In this document: positions 52,873 to 61,561 of the stretch, one piece after another
How positions within the stretch are numbered: the stretch's first letter is position 1
Layout of the letters: each line of letters begins with the position of its first letter
NCBI GenBank assembly: GCA_045538735.1
Contig: JAZSRY010000069.1
Span: 3,810-67,809, forward strand
Direction of reading: 5' to 3'
DNA from: Oscillospiraceae bacterium
GTDB taxonomy: Bacteria; Bacillota; Clostridia; Oscillospirales; Oscillospiraceae
DNA: 64,000 nt
Notes under the pieces: generated by a model
What the model was told of the DNA's origin: nothing
The model's input: only the letters and a program-made list of their open reading frames with translations
Database searches by the model: none
Translations under genes and position numbers: made by a program

Positions 52873-54781
52873 AAAATCTTTCTCTGACTCTGCCGGGCTG
52901 AGAAATCTCATAGCCGCCGAGAGCGCCTATGCGTTTTTTGAAGTCCACGCTTTGGAGAATCTCCATAAGGCGGCGGACGGTGGGGCTGTCCCATGCGTAG
53001 TCGGGAATGAGCAGGTCATACTGCTCTATGCACACGGGCACGAAGTCAAGGTCATAGAGCTTGGCTGCGGAATATATGCCCATGCCTGCGTCTGCTGTGC
53101 CGGAAACTATCTGGGCTGCAACGGAGGTGTGGGTGAATTCCTCTCGCTCGTAGCCGTAAATTTTGGCGGTGTCTATACCCTGAGTTTTGCAGAGGTAGTC
53201 TATGAGAATTCTGGTGCCTGAGCCCTTCTGGCGGTTAACGTAGCGCAGACCTTCCTTCGTCAGGTCGGAAACGGAGCTTATGCCAAGGGGATTGCCCTTT
53301 TGCAGCATAAGACCCTGAGTGCGTCCAACGCATTCAACAAGGCGAACTCCGCCCTTGGGGAAATAGCGCTTTATGAAGGCGGTGTTGTAGCTGCCATCGG
53401 TCTCGTCAAGAAGATGGACGCCTGCGATATGGGTTTCACCTCTGCGCACTGCCATAATGCCGCCCATACTGCCAACATGGCTGGAGCTCATGAAGGTGTC
53501 GGGGTAGGCGAGATGGAGCATATCGTTCAGTTCGTCAAGGAGTGGGTCGTGGCTGCCGATTGCAACAAGGGTGCTATCCAGCTCCTGTCTGGGACGGAGA
53601 AGCTTCACTTTGACCTTGCTGCCTGCCTCGTAGCCCTCAAGACCCTGAGGAATTTCCAGAATTCCGTCAGCCTTCATAAAGGAACTGACAACGCCGCTGC
53701 CGCGGTTGAGGGGAGTTGCCATCAGCTTATCGCCCACGCTTCCCATTCTCACGCGGACAAACTCGCGGTATTTCAAACCGGAAACAACGCTGCGGGAGAG
53801 GCTTGCCTCGGCATATTCGGCCTCGGCGGCGCAGCGGCAGTACCAACGGTCGATGAGGGGCTTCATAAGCTCCTCCATAACTATAATGCCGGAAACGGGA
53901 TAGCCGGGGACACCCAGTATGGGCTTGCAGCCGCAGTAGCCCAAAATGGCGGGCTTGCCGGGGCGGATGGCAATGCCGTGGTATAAAACACCGCCCTGCT
54001 GGGCAATGACGGAGGCAGAGAAGTCCTCGCGGCCGGCGGAAGAGCCTGCGTTGAGAACAACGGCGTCGCATTTTTCCGTGGCTTCACGGAGCGCGGCGGC
54101 AAGAAGCTCTTTTTTGTCGGGGACAATGGGGAAGCAGATGCTCTCTGCGCCCCATTCCTTCAGCATGGAGGCGAAGATGGAGGAGTTGAACTCTATGATA
54201 TCTCCCGCCTTGGGGTCTTCGGTGGGAGGGACAATCTCGTCGCCGGTGGGGATGAGACCCACAACGATAGGACGCAGCACCTCAACCTTCAGCACACCGC
54301 CTGCCAGCATGGAGCCTATTGCGGCGGGGCTTATCTTGCTGTGGGAGGGAAGTATCATTTCGCCTGCGCATATATCCTCACCTATCTGGCGGATATGCTG
54401 CCAGGGGGCGGCGGGGGCGAAAAGCTTCACCTTTCCGTCGCTCTGTCGGACAACATCCTCTATCATGATAACTGCGTCGCAGCCCTCGGGGATGGGGTCG
54501 CCGGTGTCCACAACGGTGAACTGATCTTCATTCAGGGTGACGGGGCTTGTCTCTCCCGCGCCGAAGGTGAGTGCGGCGGAAAGGGCAATGCCGTCCATAG
54601 CGCTTGCGGGATAGTGGGGGGCGCAGATTGCGGCATAAACCGCCTTGGCGGTTATGCGTCCGCAGGAGCGCTCCACAGGGATAACTTCTGTCTTTGCGGC
54701 GAAGCCCGCATCAAGCAGAAGCTGAATATATTCCTCTCTGGCTTTTTCCAGAGCTACGTTTGTAAGATACTGAAATGCCAT
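52871..54781 (-). CDS. MoeA-type molybdopterin molybdenum/tungsten transferase fused to a C-terminal periplasmic-binding-protein-like domain
   Basis: ORF 52871-54820; I prefer the ATG at 54781 (MAFQYL) after GGAG. MoeA N, MoCF and C regions are followed by about 230 aa of PBP-like sequence (GSGTRILIDYL...). Confidence 0.85.
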   Translation of the reverse strand: MAFQYLTNVALEKAREEYIQLLLDAGFAAKTEVIPVERSCGRITAKAVYAAICAPHYPASAMDGIALSAALTFGAGETSPVTLNEDQFTVVDTGDPIPEGCDAVIMIEDVVRQSDGKVKLFAPAAPWQHIRQIGEDICAGEMILPSHSKISPAAIGSMLAGGVLKVEVLRPIVVGLIPTGDEIVPPTEDPKAGDIIEFNSSIFASMLKEWGAESICFPIVPDKKELLAAALREATEKCDAVVLNAGSSAGREDFSASVIAQQGGVLYHGIAIRPGKPAILGYCGCKPILGVPGYPVSGIIVMEELMKPLIDRWYCRCAAEAEYAEASLSRSVVSGLKYREFVRVRMGSVGDKLMATPLNRGSGVVSSFMKADGILEIPQGLEGYEAGSKVKVKLLRPRQELDSTLVAIGSHDPLLDELNDMLHLAYPDTFMSSSHVGSMGGIMAVRRGETHIAGVHLLDETDGSYNTAFIKRYFPKGGVRLVECVGRTQGLMLQKGNPLGISSVSDLTKEGLRYVNRQKGSGTRILIDYLCKTQGIDTAKIYGYEREEFTHTSVAAQIVSGTADAGMGIYSAAKLYDLDFVPVCIEQYDLLIPDYAWDSPTVRRLMEILQSVDFKKRIGALGGYEISQPGRVRERF

Positions 54782-54785
54782 ATTG

Positions 54786-56015
54786 TCAAATCTCCTGATA
54801 AGTGGCGTAGAGGGTAACATCTATGCTCTCTCCGGCGGCGCAGCCCTCGCTGTCTCTGGGGATGCAGAAAAAACCGTCGGCGGAGCAGAGGGTGCTTATG
54901 AGACCGCTTTTGCTGCGGATGGGGGTGGCATACCATATGCCATCGCGAAGAGCAAGGCTCACTCCGCCGTATTGGGCGCGTCCGTGGTTTGCGCTGACGG
55001 ATTCGGTGAGGCAGGCGCGGAGGGTGAGGGGGCGGCTTTCTCTTCCCAAAAGAGTGTCCATAGCGGCGCGGACAAAGATTTGGCTTACAAACCATGCGGC
55101 GCCGGGATGACCGGGCAGACCGAAAATGGGCTTGCCCTCGCTTATGCCCAGTATGGTGGGCTTGCCGGGCTTCATTGCAATGCCGTGGAACAAAAGCTCG
55201 CCCCGGCGCTCGATAATCCGTCCCGTGGCGTCCTTCGTGCCAACGGAGCTGCCTCCGGAGATGAGTACGCAGTCGCAGTCTCCAATAGCCCGCTCCAAAG
55301 CCGCCTCGAGAAGGGGCTCTTCATCCCGGACTATGCCGTAAAGCTTTGCCTTAGCGCCGAACTCCTCTATAAGGGCGGCAAGCATAAGAGAATTTATATC
55401 TCTCACCTGACCCTCGGCGGGGGTCTCATCAGCCGGAACAAGCTCATCTCCCGTGGAGATAATGCCAACGAGAGGCTTTGCAAAAACCTCAACACTCATA
55501 ATTCCCATGGCCGCAAGAGAGCCGATGTCTTTTGCGCTGAGCATTCTGCCTGCAGGAAGCACCACCTTGCCGGGATAAACATCGTCGCCCTTGAAAATAA
55601 GGTTTTCGCCGGGGGCGACGCTCTTTGTGATGCCTATGCTGCCATCACCGAAATCCTCGCAGTATTCTATCATGGCAACGGCGTTGGCGCCGGGAGGCAG
55701 AGCGGCTCCGGTGGGCACATAGGCGCAGCAGTCTCTGTCAAGAGGGGCACCTGCATCTTCGCCCATTGATATGCTGCGGGAGAGGCTGAGAAGGGCAGGG
55801 ATAGATTCGCTGCAGCCGAAGCAGTCCTCCGCCCGAAGGGCGTAACCGTCCACGGTGGAGCGGTCAAAGCCGGGAACATATTCCGAGGCGATGATGTCCT
55901 CCGCCAGAACCCTTCCGGCAGCCTGAGCCAAACTGACCCGTTCCCTCCGGTCTAAGGGCAGGAATTTTTCTTTTATAAGTCCGAGGGCTTCCCCGGGAGT
56001 AAGCACCAAAAGCAT
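54786..56015 (-). CDS. moeA: Molybdopterin molybdenumtransferase MoeA
   Basis: ORF 54786-56021; I prefer the ATG at 56015. Typical motifs SEYVPGFDRSTVDGYA, LISGGSSVG and PGHPGAA. Confidence 0.88.
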   Translation of the reverse strand: MLLVLTPGEALGLIKEKFLPLDRRERVSLAQAAGRVLAEDIIASEYVPGFDRSTVDGYALRAEDCFGCSESIPALLSLSRSISMGEDAGAPLDRDCCAYVPTGAALPPGANAVAMIEYCEDFGDGSIGITKSVAPGENLIFKGDDVYPGKVVLPAGRMLSAKDIGSLAAMGIMSVEVFAKPLVGIISTGDELVPADETPAEGQVRDINSLMLAALIEEFGAKAKLYGIVRDEEPLLEAALERAIGDCDCVLISGGSSVGTKDATGRIIERRGELLFHGIAMKPGKPTILGISEGKPIFGLPGHPGAAWFVSQIFVRAAMDTLLGRESRPLTLRACLTESVSANHGRAQYGGVSLALRDGIWYATPIRSKSGLISTLCSADGFFCIPRDSEGCAAGESIDVTLYATYQEI

Positions 56016-56149
56016 AAACAACCTCTTCTGCGTTTATTTTCTAATATATTATAATTTTTTCGCCAATAAAATACAAGGGTATAGGTCGCGGCCTATATGA
56101 ATGTTTGGCATATTCTAAATGAAAGTTTGTTATATATAAGACTATTTTC

Positions 56150-56178
56150 TTGCACTATTATTAACTATGAGGTATAAT
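56150..56178 (+). promoter_or_regulatory. Candidate tup promoter (TTGCAC-17-TATAAT)
   Basis: Read directly from the sequence. Confidence 0.6.
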
Positions 56179-56184
56179 GTGTCG

Positions 56185-56329
56185 GTAAATAATGTGTTTT
56201 GCCCTCAGGCAAAGACGGTTGACGAGCCCCTTTCCCTCGAGGCATATGGGATAACTATACCCATTTGCCGAATTTGGGAGAGGGGCTCTTTCCGTTTTTT
56301 CGCACAAATAAGCTATGGAGGAAAAAATA
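56185..56329 (+). promoter_or_regulatory. Structured 5' leader of tupA with terminator-like 3' helix; candidate Moco/Tuco-type riboswitch (unverified)
   Basis: GAGCCCCT (near 56224) can pair with AGGGGCTC (near 56283), followed by TTTCCGTTTTTT. An internal hairpin is TGGGATAACTATACCCA. ACGAGCC and CCCTCGAGGC vaguely resemble Moco-motif conserved blocks. Confidence 0.3.
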
Positions 56330-57367
56330 ATGAAAAAAGCACTTTCTCTTATCCTTGCCATCGTTATGGTAATGGCGCTTCTGGTTGGCTGCGGCAGCAC
56401 TCCCGCGGAGCCCGCTGCACCTGCTGAACCCGCTGCACCTGCTGAGCCCGCAGCTCCTGCTGAACCCGCTGAGCCCGAAACCCCCGCAGTTGACCTTGCT
56501 ATTTTGTATGAGCAGGACAACAGCATGATCAACACCTACTCTCTTCTGGCTGTCAACCCCGAAGCTCCCTTCGTTGATGCTGAAGAAAAACCTGCAGAAG
56601 GCGTTGAAATAAATTCTGTCGGTGCCGCCGCTCTCATCAACTGGCTACTTTCCGAAGAGACCAAGGCTCTTGCAGGCAACTTCGGCTTTGAGAAGTACGG
56701 CGAATATCTCTTCTATGTCCTTGAAGACGGCGCTTCTTCCACCGCTGAAATTCCCATGGCTACCGAAGAGACCAAGGCTATCCGCCTTTCCACCACCACT
56801 TCAGTAAACGATGCAGGCCTTCTGGGCTATCTCCTTCCCATCTTCGAAGATACCTATGGCTATGAAGTAGACGTTTATTCCGCCGGCACCGGCAAAAGCA
56901 TCAGTAACGCAAAGATGGGCAACGCTGACCTTATCTTCGTTCACTCCAAGAGCCAGGAAACCGCTTTCGTTGAGGAAGGCTTTGCCTATACCCTCGAAGG
57001 TCAGGAGAGCGAGCGTATGAGCTTCCTCTATAACTTCTATGTCCTCTGCGGTCCTTCCGCCGACCCCGCAGGTGTAAAGAACTGTGCAAGCGTTAAGGAC
57101 GCTTTCGCAGCCATTGCCGAGGGCAAGTATACCTTCGTTTCCCGCGGCGATGCTTCCGGCACCCACACCAAGGAGATCAGCCTCTGGCCCGAAACCCTCG
57201 GCATCACCACCGAGAGCGACTCTGTTGCCGCATACGCTGAGTGGTATAACTACTCCAACGCAGGTATGGGCATTTGCCTGACCATGGCTGAAGAGCTTGG
57301 CGGCTATATCCTCTCCGATAAGGCCACTTACTTGACCTTCCGCGCAAACGGCGGTATTATGGGCTAA
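56330..57367 (+). CDS. tupA: Tungstate/molybdate-type ABC substrate-binding lipoprotein (TupA-like), apparently circularly permuted
   Basis: ORF 56315-57367; I prefer the ATG at 56330 after GGAGG. It has the lipobox LLVGC and a PAEPAA linker. TupA core motifs are TTTS, VSRGDASGTH and GMG. The normally C-terminal segment (NxYSLLAVNP...INWLLS...FG.EKYG..LF) lies at the N-terminus. Confidence 0.82.
   Translation: MKKALSLILAIVMVMALLVGCGSTPAEPAAPAEPAAPAEPAAPAEPAEPETPAVDLAILYEQDNSMINTYSLLAVNPEAPFVDAEEKPAEGVEINSVGAAALINWLLSEETKALAGNFGFEKYGEYLFYVLEDGASSTAEIPMATEETKAIRLSTTTSVNDAGLLGYLLPIFEDTYGYEVDVYSAGTGKSISNAKMGNADLIFVHSKSQETAFVEEGFAYTLEGQESERMSFLYNFYVLCGPSADPAGVKNCASVKDAFAAIAEGKYTFVSRGDASGTHTKEISLWPETLGITTESDSVAAYAEWYNYSNAGMGICLTMAEELGGYILSDKATYLTFRANGGIMG
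56402..56473 (+). repeat. Four tandem 18-bp repeats encoding the (PAEPAA)n lipoprotein linker
   Basis: CCTGCTGAACCCGCTGCA-like units, read directly; they are in frame within tupA. Confidence 0.85.
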
Positions 57368-57386
57368 ACCCCCGAATATTAAACAG

Positions 57387-57419
57387 AAAAAGGCGGCGGG
57401 CTTCTCGCCGCCTTTTTTC
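57387..57419 (+). terminator. Intrinsic terminator/attenuator between tupA and tupB
   Basis: AAGGCGGCG-GGCTTCT-CGCCGCCTT followed by TTTT. Confidence 0.8.
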
Positions 57420-57444
57420 AAGCTAAAAGAAAGGAGGGGCGCGG

Positions 57445-58131
57445 ATGTCGTCGGCAATAGGAAAAGCAATAGATATGATACTTGGCTTAGACCCGGAGCT
57501 TATGAATATTCTGGGCACAACGGCGAAGCTTTGCCTTACAAGCTCCGTCATCGCCCTTATTATCGGCGTTCCTCTGGGAGTCTGGCTGGGCTCTGCCAGC
57601 TTCAAGGGCAGAGGAGCCCTTGTGGTAATTAACCGCACCTTGATGGGCATGCCCCCCGTTGTATGCGGCCTTTTGTTTTACATACTTTTTTCCGGTGTGG
57701 GTCCTTTTGGCAAGCTGAAGCTTCTTTTCACCGTAACGCTGATGATCGTTGCGCAGGTAGTGCTTATAACCCCCATTGTCATCGGCAATATGGAAAGCTT
57801 CGTGTCCGGCATTTCCGAGGATCTGCGTGAAAGCGCAAAGGGGCTTGGAATCGGAGGAGCGAAGAGATATCTTCTGCTTATGAACGAGAGCCTTTACCAT
57901 ATTTTCTCCACTTATCTTCTGGCCTTCGCCCGTGCGATAGCCGAGGTGGGCGCAGTCAGTATGGTGGGCGGTGCCATAGCCTGGAAAACCAATGTTATGA
58001 CCACGGCAATAATGCAGTATACCAACAGGGGCAACTTCTCTCTTGGCATAGCTCTCGGCATAATCCTTATGACAATTTCTCTTATCGTGAATATTGTCAT
58101 TTCCCTTGCTCAAAGGAGGCTGAGCCGATGA
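57445..58131 (+). CDS. tupB: ABC transporter permease (TupB-like)
   Basis: 228-aa ORF with GGAGG RBS, 5-6 TM helices, and an EAA-like loop LRESAKGLGIGGAKRY. Confidence 0.85.
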   Translation: MSSAIGKAIDMILGLDPELMNILGTTAKLCLTSSVIALIIGVPLGVWLGSASFKGRGALVVINRTLMGMPPVVCGLLFYILFSGVGPFGKLKLLFTVTLMIVAQVVLITPIVIGNMESFVSGISEDLRESAKGLGIGGAKRYLLLMNESLYHIFSTYLLAFARAIAEVGAVSMVGGAIAWKTNVMTTAIMQYTNRGNFSLGIALGIILMTISLIVNIVISLAQRRLSR

Positions 58132-58781
58132 AGATAAATGCTCTTTCAAAGACCTATGAAGGCCGCAAGGTGCTTTCAAGCCCCGCCTTTGAACTCCGTG
58201 GCGGCGAGATATGCGTCCTTGTGGGCGCCAACGGCAGCGGCAAGAGCAGTCTTGCCAAAGCCATTGCAGGCGTTATAGCCGACGATAATGGCGCAAAGCC
58301 CTTCGATGAGAAGGTGAATGTGGGCTATACGCCCCAGAAAAGCTATGCATTCCGCATGAGCACCCTCCGCAATCTTACCCTCGCGGGCGGCAATGAGGCA
58401 GAAGCTATGGAAATGCTTGAAAGACTTGGCATTGCCCATCTGGCAAAAACTCCCGCCAAGAAGCTTTCGGGCGGCGAGAGCGCAAGAATGGCGCTGGGCA
58501 GAGTGCTTATGGAAAAGCACGAGCTTTTGATTCTTGATGAGCCCACCGCTTCCATGGATATGGAGTCCACCGCCCTGAGCGAGGCGCTTATTATGGATTA
58601 CTGCAAAAAGAGCGGAGCCGCTATACTGTGGGTCACCCATTCTCTGGCGCAGGCAAGACGCGTTGCCGATAAAGCCATGTTCCTCCGCAAGGGAGAGATG
58701 ATAGAATTCGGCCTCGCCGAAAAAGTTCTCAATGCTCCTGAGAAAGAGGAGACAAGAGAATTTTTGAAATTTTATGAGTAA
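58128..58781 (+). CDS. tupC: ABC transporter ATP-binding protein (TupC-like)
   Basis: 217-aa ORF with Walker A GANGSGKS, signature LSGGE and Walker B LLILDEPT. Confidence 0.87.
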   Translation: MKINALSKTYEGRKVLSSPAFELRGGEICVLVGANGSGKSSLAKAIAGVIADDNGAKPFDEKVNVGYTPQKSYAFRMSTLRNLTLAGGNEAEAMEMLERLGIAHLAKTPAKKLSGGESARMALGRVLMEKHELLILDEPTASMDMESTALSEALIMDYCKKSGAAILWVTHSLAQARRVADKAMFLRKGEMIEFGLAEKVLNAPEKEETREFLKFYE

Positions 58782-58808
58782 AAAAGGGACGCAAAGCGTC
58801 CCTTTTTT
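58780..58808 (+). terminator. Intrinsic terminator
   Basis: AAGGGACGC-AAA-GCGTCCCTT followed by TTTT. Confidence 0.85.
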
Positions 58809-58880
58809 GCTTATGGTATTGCGTAGGATTTTTGCTGACTATATAATAGATGAAAAAGCTTATGAAAGAGAGAAAAGGCT

Positions 58881-60158
58881 ATGAAAAGTCCTCATTACCG
58901 CAACTTTATAAGAATCCTTGAGCATGAGCTTATCCCCGCCCTCGGCTGCACAGAGCCTATTGCCATAGCCTATGCCGCAGCCAAGGCAAGGGCTGTTTTG
59001 GGCTGCGAGCCTGAGCATATTGAAATTCGCTGCTCGGGAAATATAATCAAGAATGTAAAGGGTGTCACCGTGCCCAATTCCGGCGGTCTTGTGGGTATAG
59101 AGGCGGCTGCCATCCTCGGCGCAATCTGCGGCAGCGCGGACAGCGAGCTGGAGGTTCTTGAAAGCGTAAAGGCGGAGGATATTGCCCGCTGCAAGGTCTT
59201 GATGAATGAAAAGCTTTGCTCCGTCACTCTTGTGAAGGACGTAGATAACCTTTATGTGGTGGCTGTCCTTACCACAGGGGGGCATAGCGCAGCTGTAAGC
59301 GTAGTTAACCGCCACACCCTTATCACCTGCATTGAAAAAGACGGGGAGGTTATCTTCCGCAATAATATTGCCAAGGCGGAGGAGCGCGCCGAGGACTATT
59401 CGGGACTGAATGTAAGAAGCATTCTGGACTTTGCCGATGAGGTGGACATAGAGGATGTCCGCCATATAATAGCACCCCAGATAGAACTCAACTCCGCAAT
59501 TGCCCGCGAGGGTCTGCGGGGCAATTACGGTGCCAGCGTGGGTTATACTATGCTGCAGGTTTTCGGCGACAATGTGCGAAGTCGCGCCTGCGCCATGGCG
59601 GCTGCGGGCTCAGATGCAAGAATGGGCGGCTGCGCCCTTCCCGTTATCATAAATTCCGGCTCCGGCAATCAGGGAATGACGGTCAGCCTACCGGTTATAG
59701 AATACGCAAAGGATCTGAAAGTCAGCGAGGAGAAGCTTTATAAAGCTCTCGTCCTCAGCAACCTGATAGCTATACACCTGAAAAAATATATAGGCTCCCT
59801 TTCCGCTTTCTGCGGAGCGGTCAGCGCCGCAAGCGCTGCGGGCGCGGGCATAACCTATCTTTTCGGCGGAGACTATGAGGAAATAGGCTATACCATAGTG
59901 AATACTTTGGGCAATGTGGGCGGCATAGTATGCGACGGCGCAAAGGCCTCCTGCGCCGCCAAGATAGCCTCCGCTGTCCATGCCGCTATAATAAGCCACT
60001 ATATGGGCAGCCACGAGAGAGTTTTCCGCGCAGGCGAGGGCTTCGTCAAGGATGATCTTGAGGCAACCATTCGCTCTATGGGTTATATAGGCCGCGTCGG
60101 AATGAAGGAAACGGACGAAGAAATTTTGAATGTTATGACAGATCAGGTTGAGCTGTGA
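58881..60158 (+). CDS. UPF0597/serine-dehydratase-alpha-like family protein (L-cysteine desulfidase-type)
   Basis: 425-aa ORF with the family-typical N-terminus ILEHELIPALGCTEPIAIAYAAA and the motif GGIVCDGAKASCA. Confidence 0.82.
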   Translation: MKSPHYRNFIRILEHELIPALGCTEPIAIAYAAAKARAVLGCEPEHIEIRCSGNIIKNVKGVTVPNSGGLVGIEAAAILGAICGSADSELEVLESVKAEDIARCKVLMNEKLCSVTLVKDVDNLYVVAVLTTGGHSAAVSVVNRHTLITCIEKDGEVIFRNNIAKAEERAEDYSGLNVRSILDFADEVDIEDVRHIIAPQIELNSAIAREGLRGNYGASVGYTMLQVFGDNVRSRACAMAAAGSDARMGGCALPVIINSGSGNQGMTVSLPVIEYAKDLKVSEEKLYKALVLSNLIAIHLKKYIGSLSAFCGAVSAASAAGAGITYLFGGDYEEIGYTIVNTLGNVGGIVCDGAKASCAAKIASAVHAAIISHYMGSHERVFRAGEGFVKDDLEATIRSMGYIGRVGMKETDEEILNVMTDQVEL

Positions 60159-60159
60159 A

Positions 60160-60200
60160 CAAAAAAGAAGAAGCACCTTTCGGTGCTTCTTCTTTTTTTA
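60160..60200. terminator. Bidirectional intrinsic terminator
   Basis: AAGAAGAAGCACC-TTTC-GGTGCTTCTTCTT flanked by an A-run and a T-run. Confidence 0.88.
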
Positions 60201-61547
60201 TGTAAGTTCTTTTGAAAGCCTGCGAAGAACTTTGCGCAGGAACAAAAGGGCGATGACCATAGCGGTGAACTCAGCTATCATAGGAGCGAGCCATACCCGA
60301 TCAAGCACTCCGCTGAGGGAGAGAAGCCATGCCAGAGGGCAGAGGAAAATTATCTGGCGGAAGAGGTTGTTGAAAAGGGAAAACTGGGGGCTTCCGAGGG
60401 CTTCGAAGGGGGAACTGAGAATGATAGTGACCGCGGCAAAGGGGAGGGAAACGGCGCAAAGGCGCAGAGCCACAGTTCCTATTTCCATCATATTTTCGCT
60501 GGCATCGAAAAGGGAGAGGAGATTTTTGGGGAAAATCTCGTAGCAAAGGGCGAAAAGGGAGGTCGTTATCACGCCGAGAATAAGGGCAAGGCGGAGAGTT
60601 TTCTTAACTCTTTCCAGATTTCCGGCGCCGTAGTTATAAGCGTATATGGCGATTGTTCCGTTGTTCATACCGAATACGGGCATGAAGGAGAAACTTTGAA
60701 GCTTGAGCCAAACTCCGAATACTGCCGTTGCGGTGGTGGAGAAAGTGAGAAGAATCTGGTTGACAATGAAACCCATAACGGAGTCCAGACCAATGGTGAG
60801 GGAGCAGGGAATGCCGACGGCATAAATATTTTTGAGAACTTCCCCATTGGGCAGCATTTTTGAAAAGCGGAATTTAAGACCGCCACGCTTGCGAAGGAAC
60901 ATAAAGCCCAAAGATGCGGTGAGTATTTGTCCCATAACGGTTGCGATTGCCGCGCCGCGAATGCCAAGGGCGGGGAAAGGGCCTATGCCGAAGATGAGAA
61001 GCCAGTCGAAAAGGATGTTGAACACGGCGCCCGAGGCTTGGCTTATCATGGATTGGGCGCTGTTGCCGGTGGCGATGAGCAGCTTTTCAAAGTTCTGGCA
61101 GAAGACCGAGCCAATGCAGCAAATGCAGACGATGCTGAGATAGCTGCTGCCGTATTCCACTATGGAAGCAACATCGGTCTGGGCGCGGAAATAGGCCTTA
61201 ACGCCGAAAATGCCCACAAGAACAAAAACAAGGGTGTATACGGCGGATAAGAATATCTGCACATTGGCGGCTTTTTCCGCTTTTTCCCGGTCGCCCATGC
61301 CGAGGCATCGGGAGACAAAGGCGGCGGTGCCGACGCCTGTGCCTATGCCAATGGCGTTCATTATTACCTGTATGGGCCATGCCAGAGAAACGGCGGCAAG
61401 GGCGTCCTCGCTGATGCTTGCCACAAACATGGAGTCCACAGTGTTGTATAGCGCCTGCACAAACATGCTTATCATCATGGGTACAGACATTTTTATCAAT
61501 AGCGGTGCAATGGGCATGGTGCCCAGCTTGGCTTGAGGATTATCCAA
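60198..61547 (-). CDS. MATE-family efflux transporter
   Basis: 449-aa ORF with 12 TM helices and the N-terminus PLLIKMSVPMMISMFVQALYNTVDSMFV. Confidence 0.9.
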   Translation of the reverse strand: MDNPQAKLGTMPIAPLLIKMSVPMMISMFVQALYNTVDSMFVASISEDALAAVSLAWPIQVIMNAIGIGTGVGTAAFVSRCLGMGDREKAEKAANVQIFLSAVYTLVFVLVGIFGVKAYFRAQTDVASIVEYGSSYLSIVCICCIGSVFCQNFEKLLIATGNSAQSMISQASGAVFNILFDWLLIFGIGPFPALGIRGAAIATVMGQILTASLGFMFLRKRGGLKFRFSKMLPNGEVLKNIYAVGIPCSLTIGLDSVMGFIVNQILLTFSTTATAVFGVWLKLQSFSFMPVFGMNNGTIAIYAYNYGAGNLERVKKTLRLALILGVITTSLFALCYEIFPKNLLSLFDASENMMEIGTVALRLCAVSLPFAAVTIILSSPFEALGSPQFSLFNNLFRQIIFLCPLAWLLSLSGVLDRVWLAPMIAEFTAMVIALLFLRKVLRRLSKELT

Positions 61548-61561
61548 TTTAACGCGTCCTT

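Noticed and set aside
56402-56473. Tandem 18-bp repeats, considered as a possible CRISPR or VNTR locus. The GCTCAGGCTCAGGCTCAGGCT run at about 16590-16612 was also considered.
   Set aside because: There are no spacers. Both sets are in frame inside good ORFs and encode low-complexity linkers (PAEPAA, AQAQAQ). No CRISPR-like array exists anywhere in the window.
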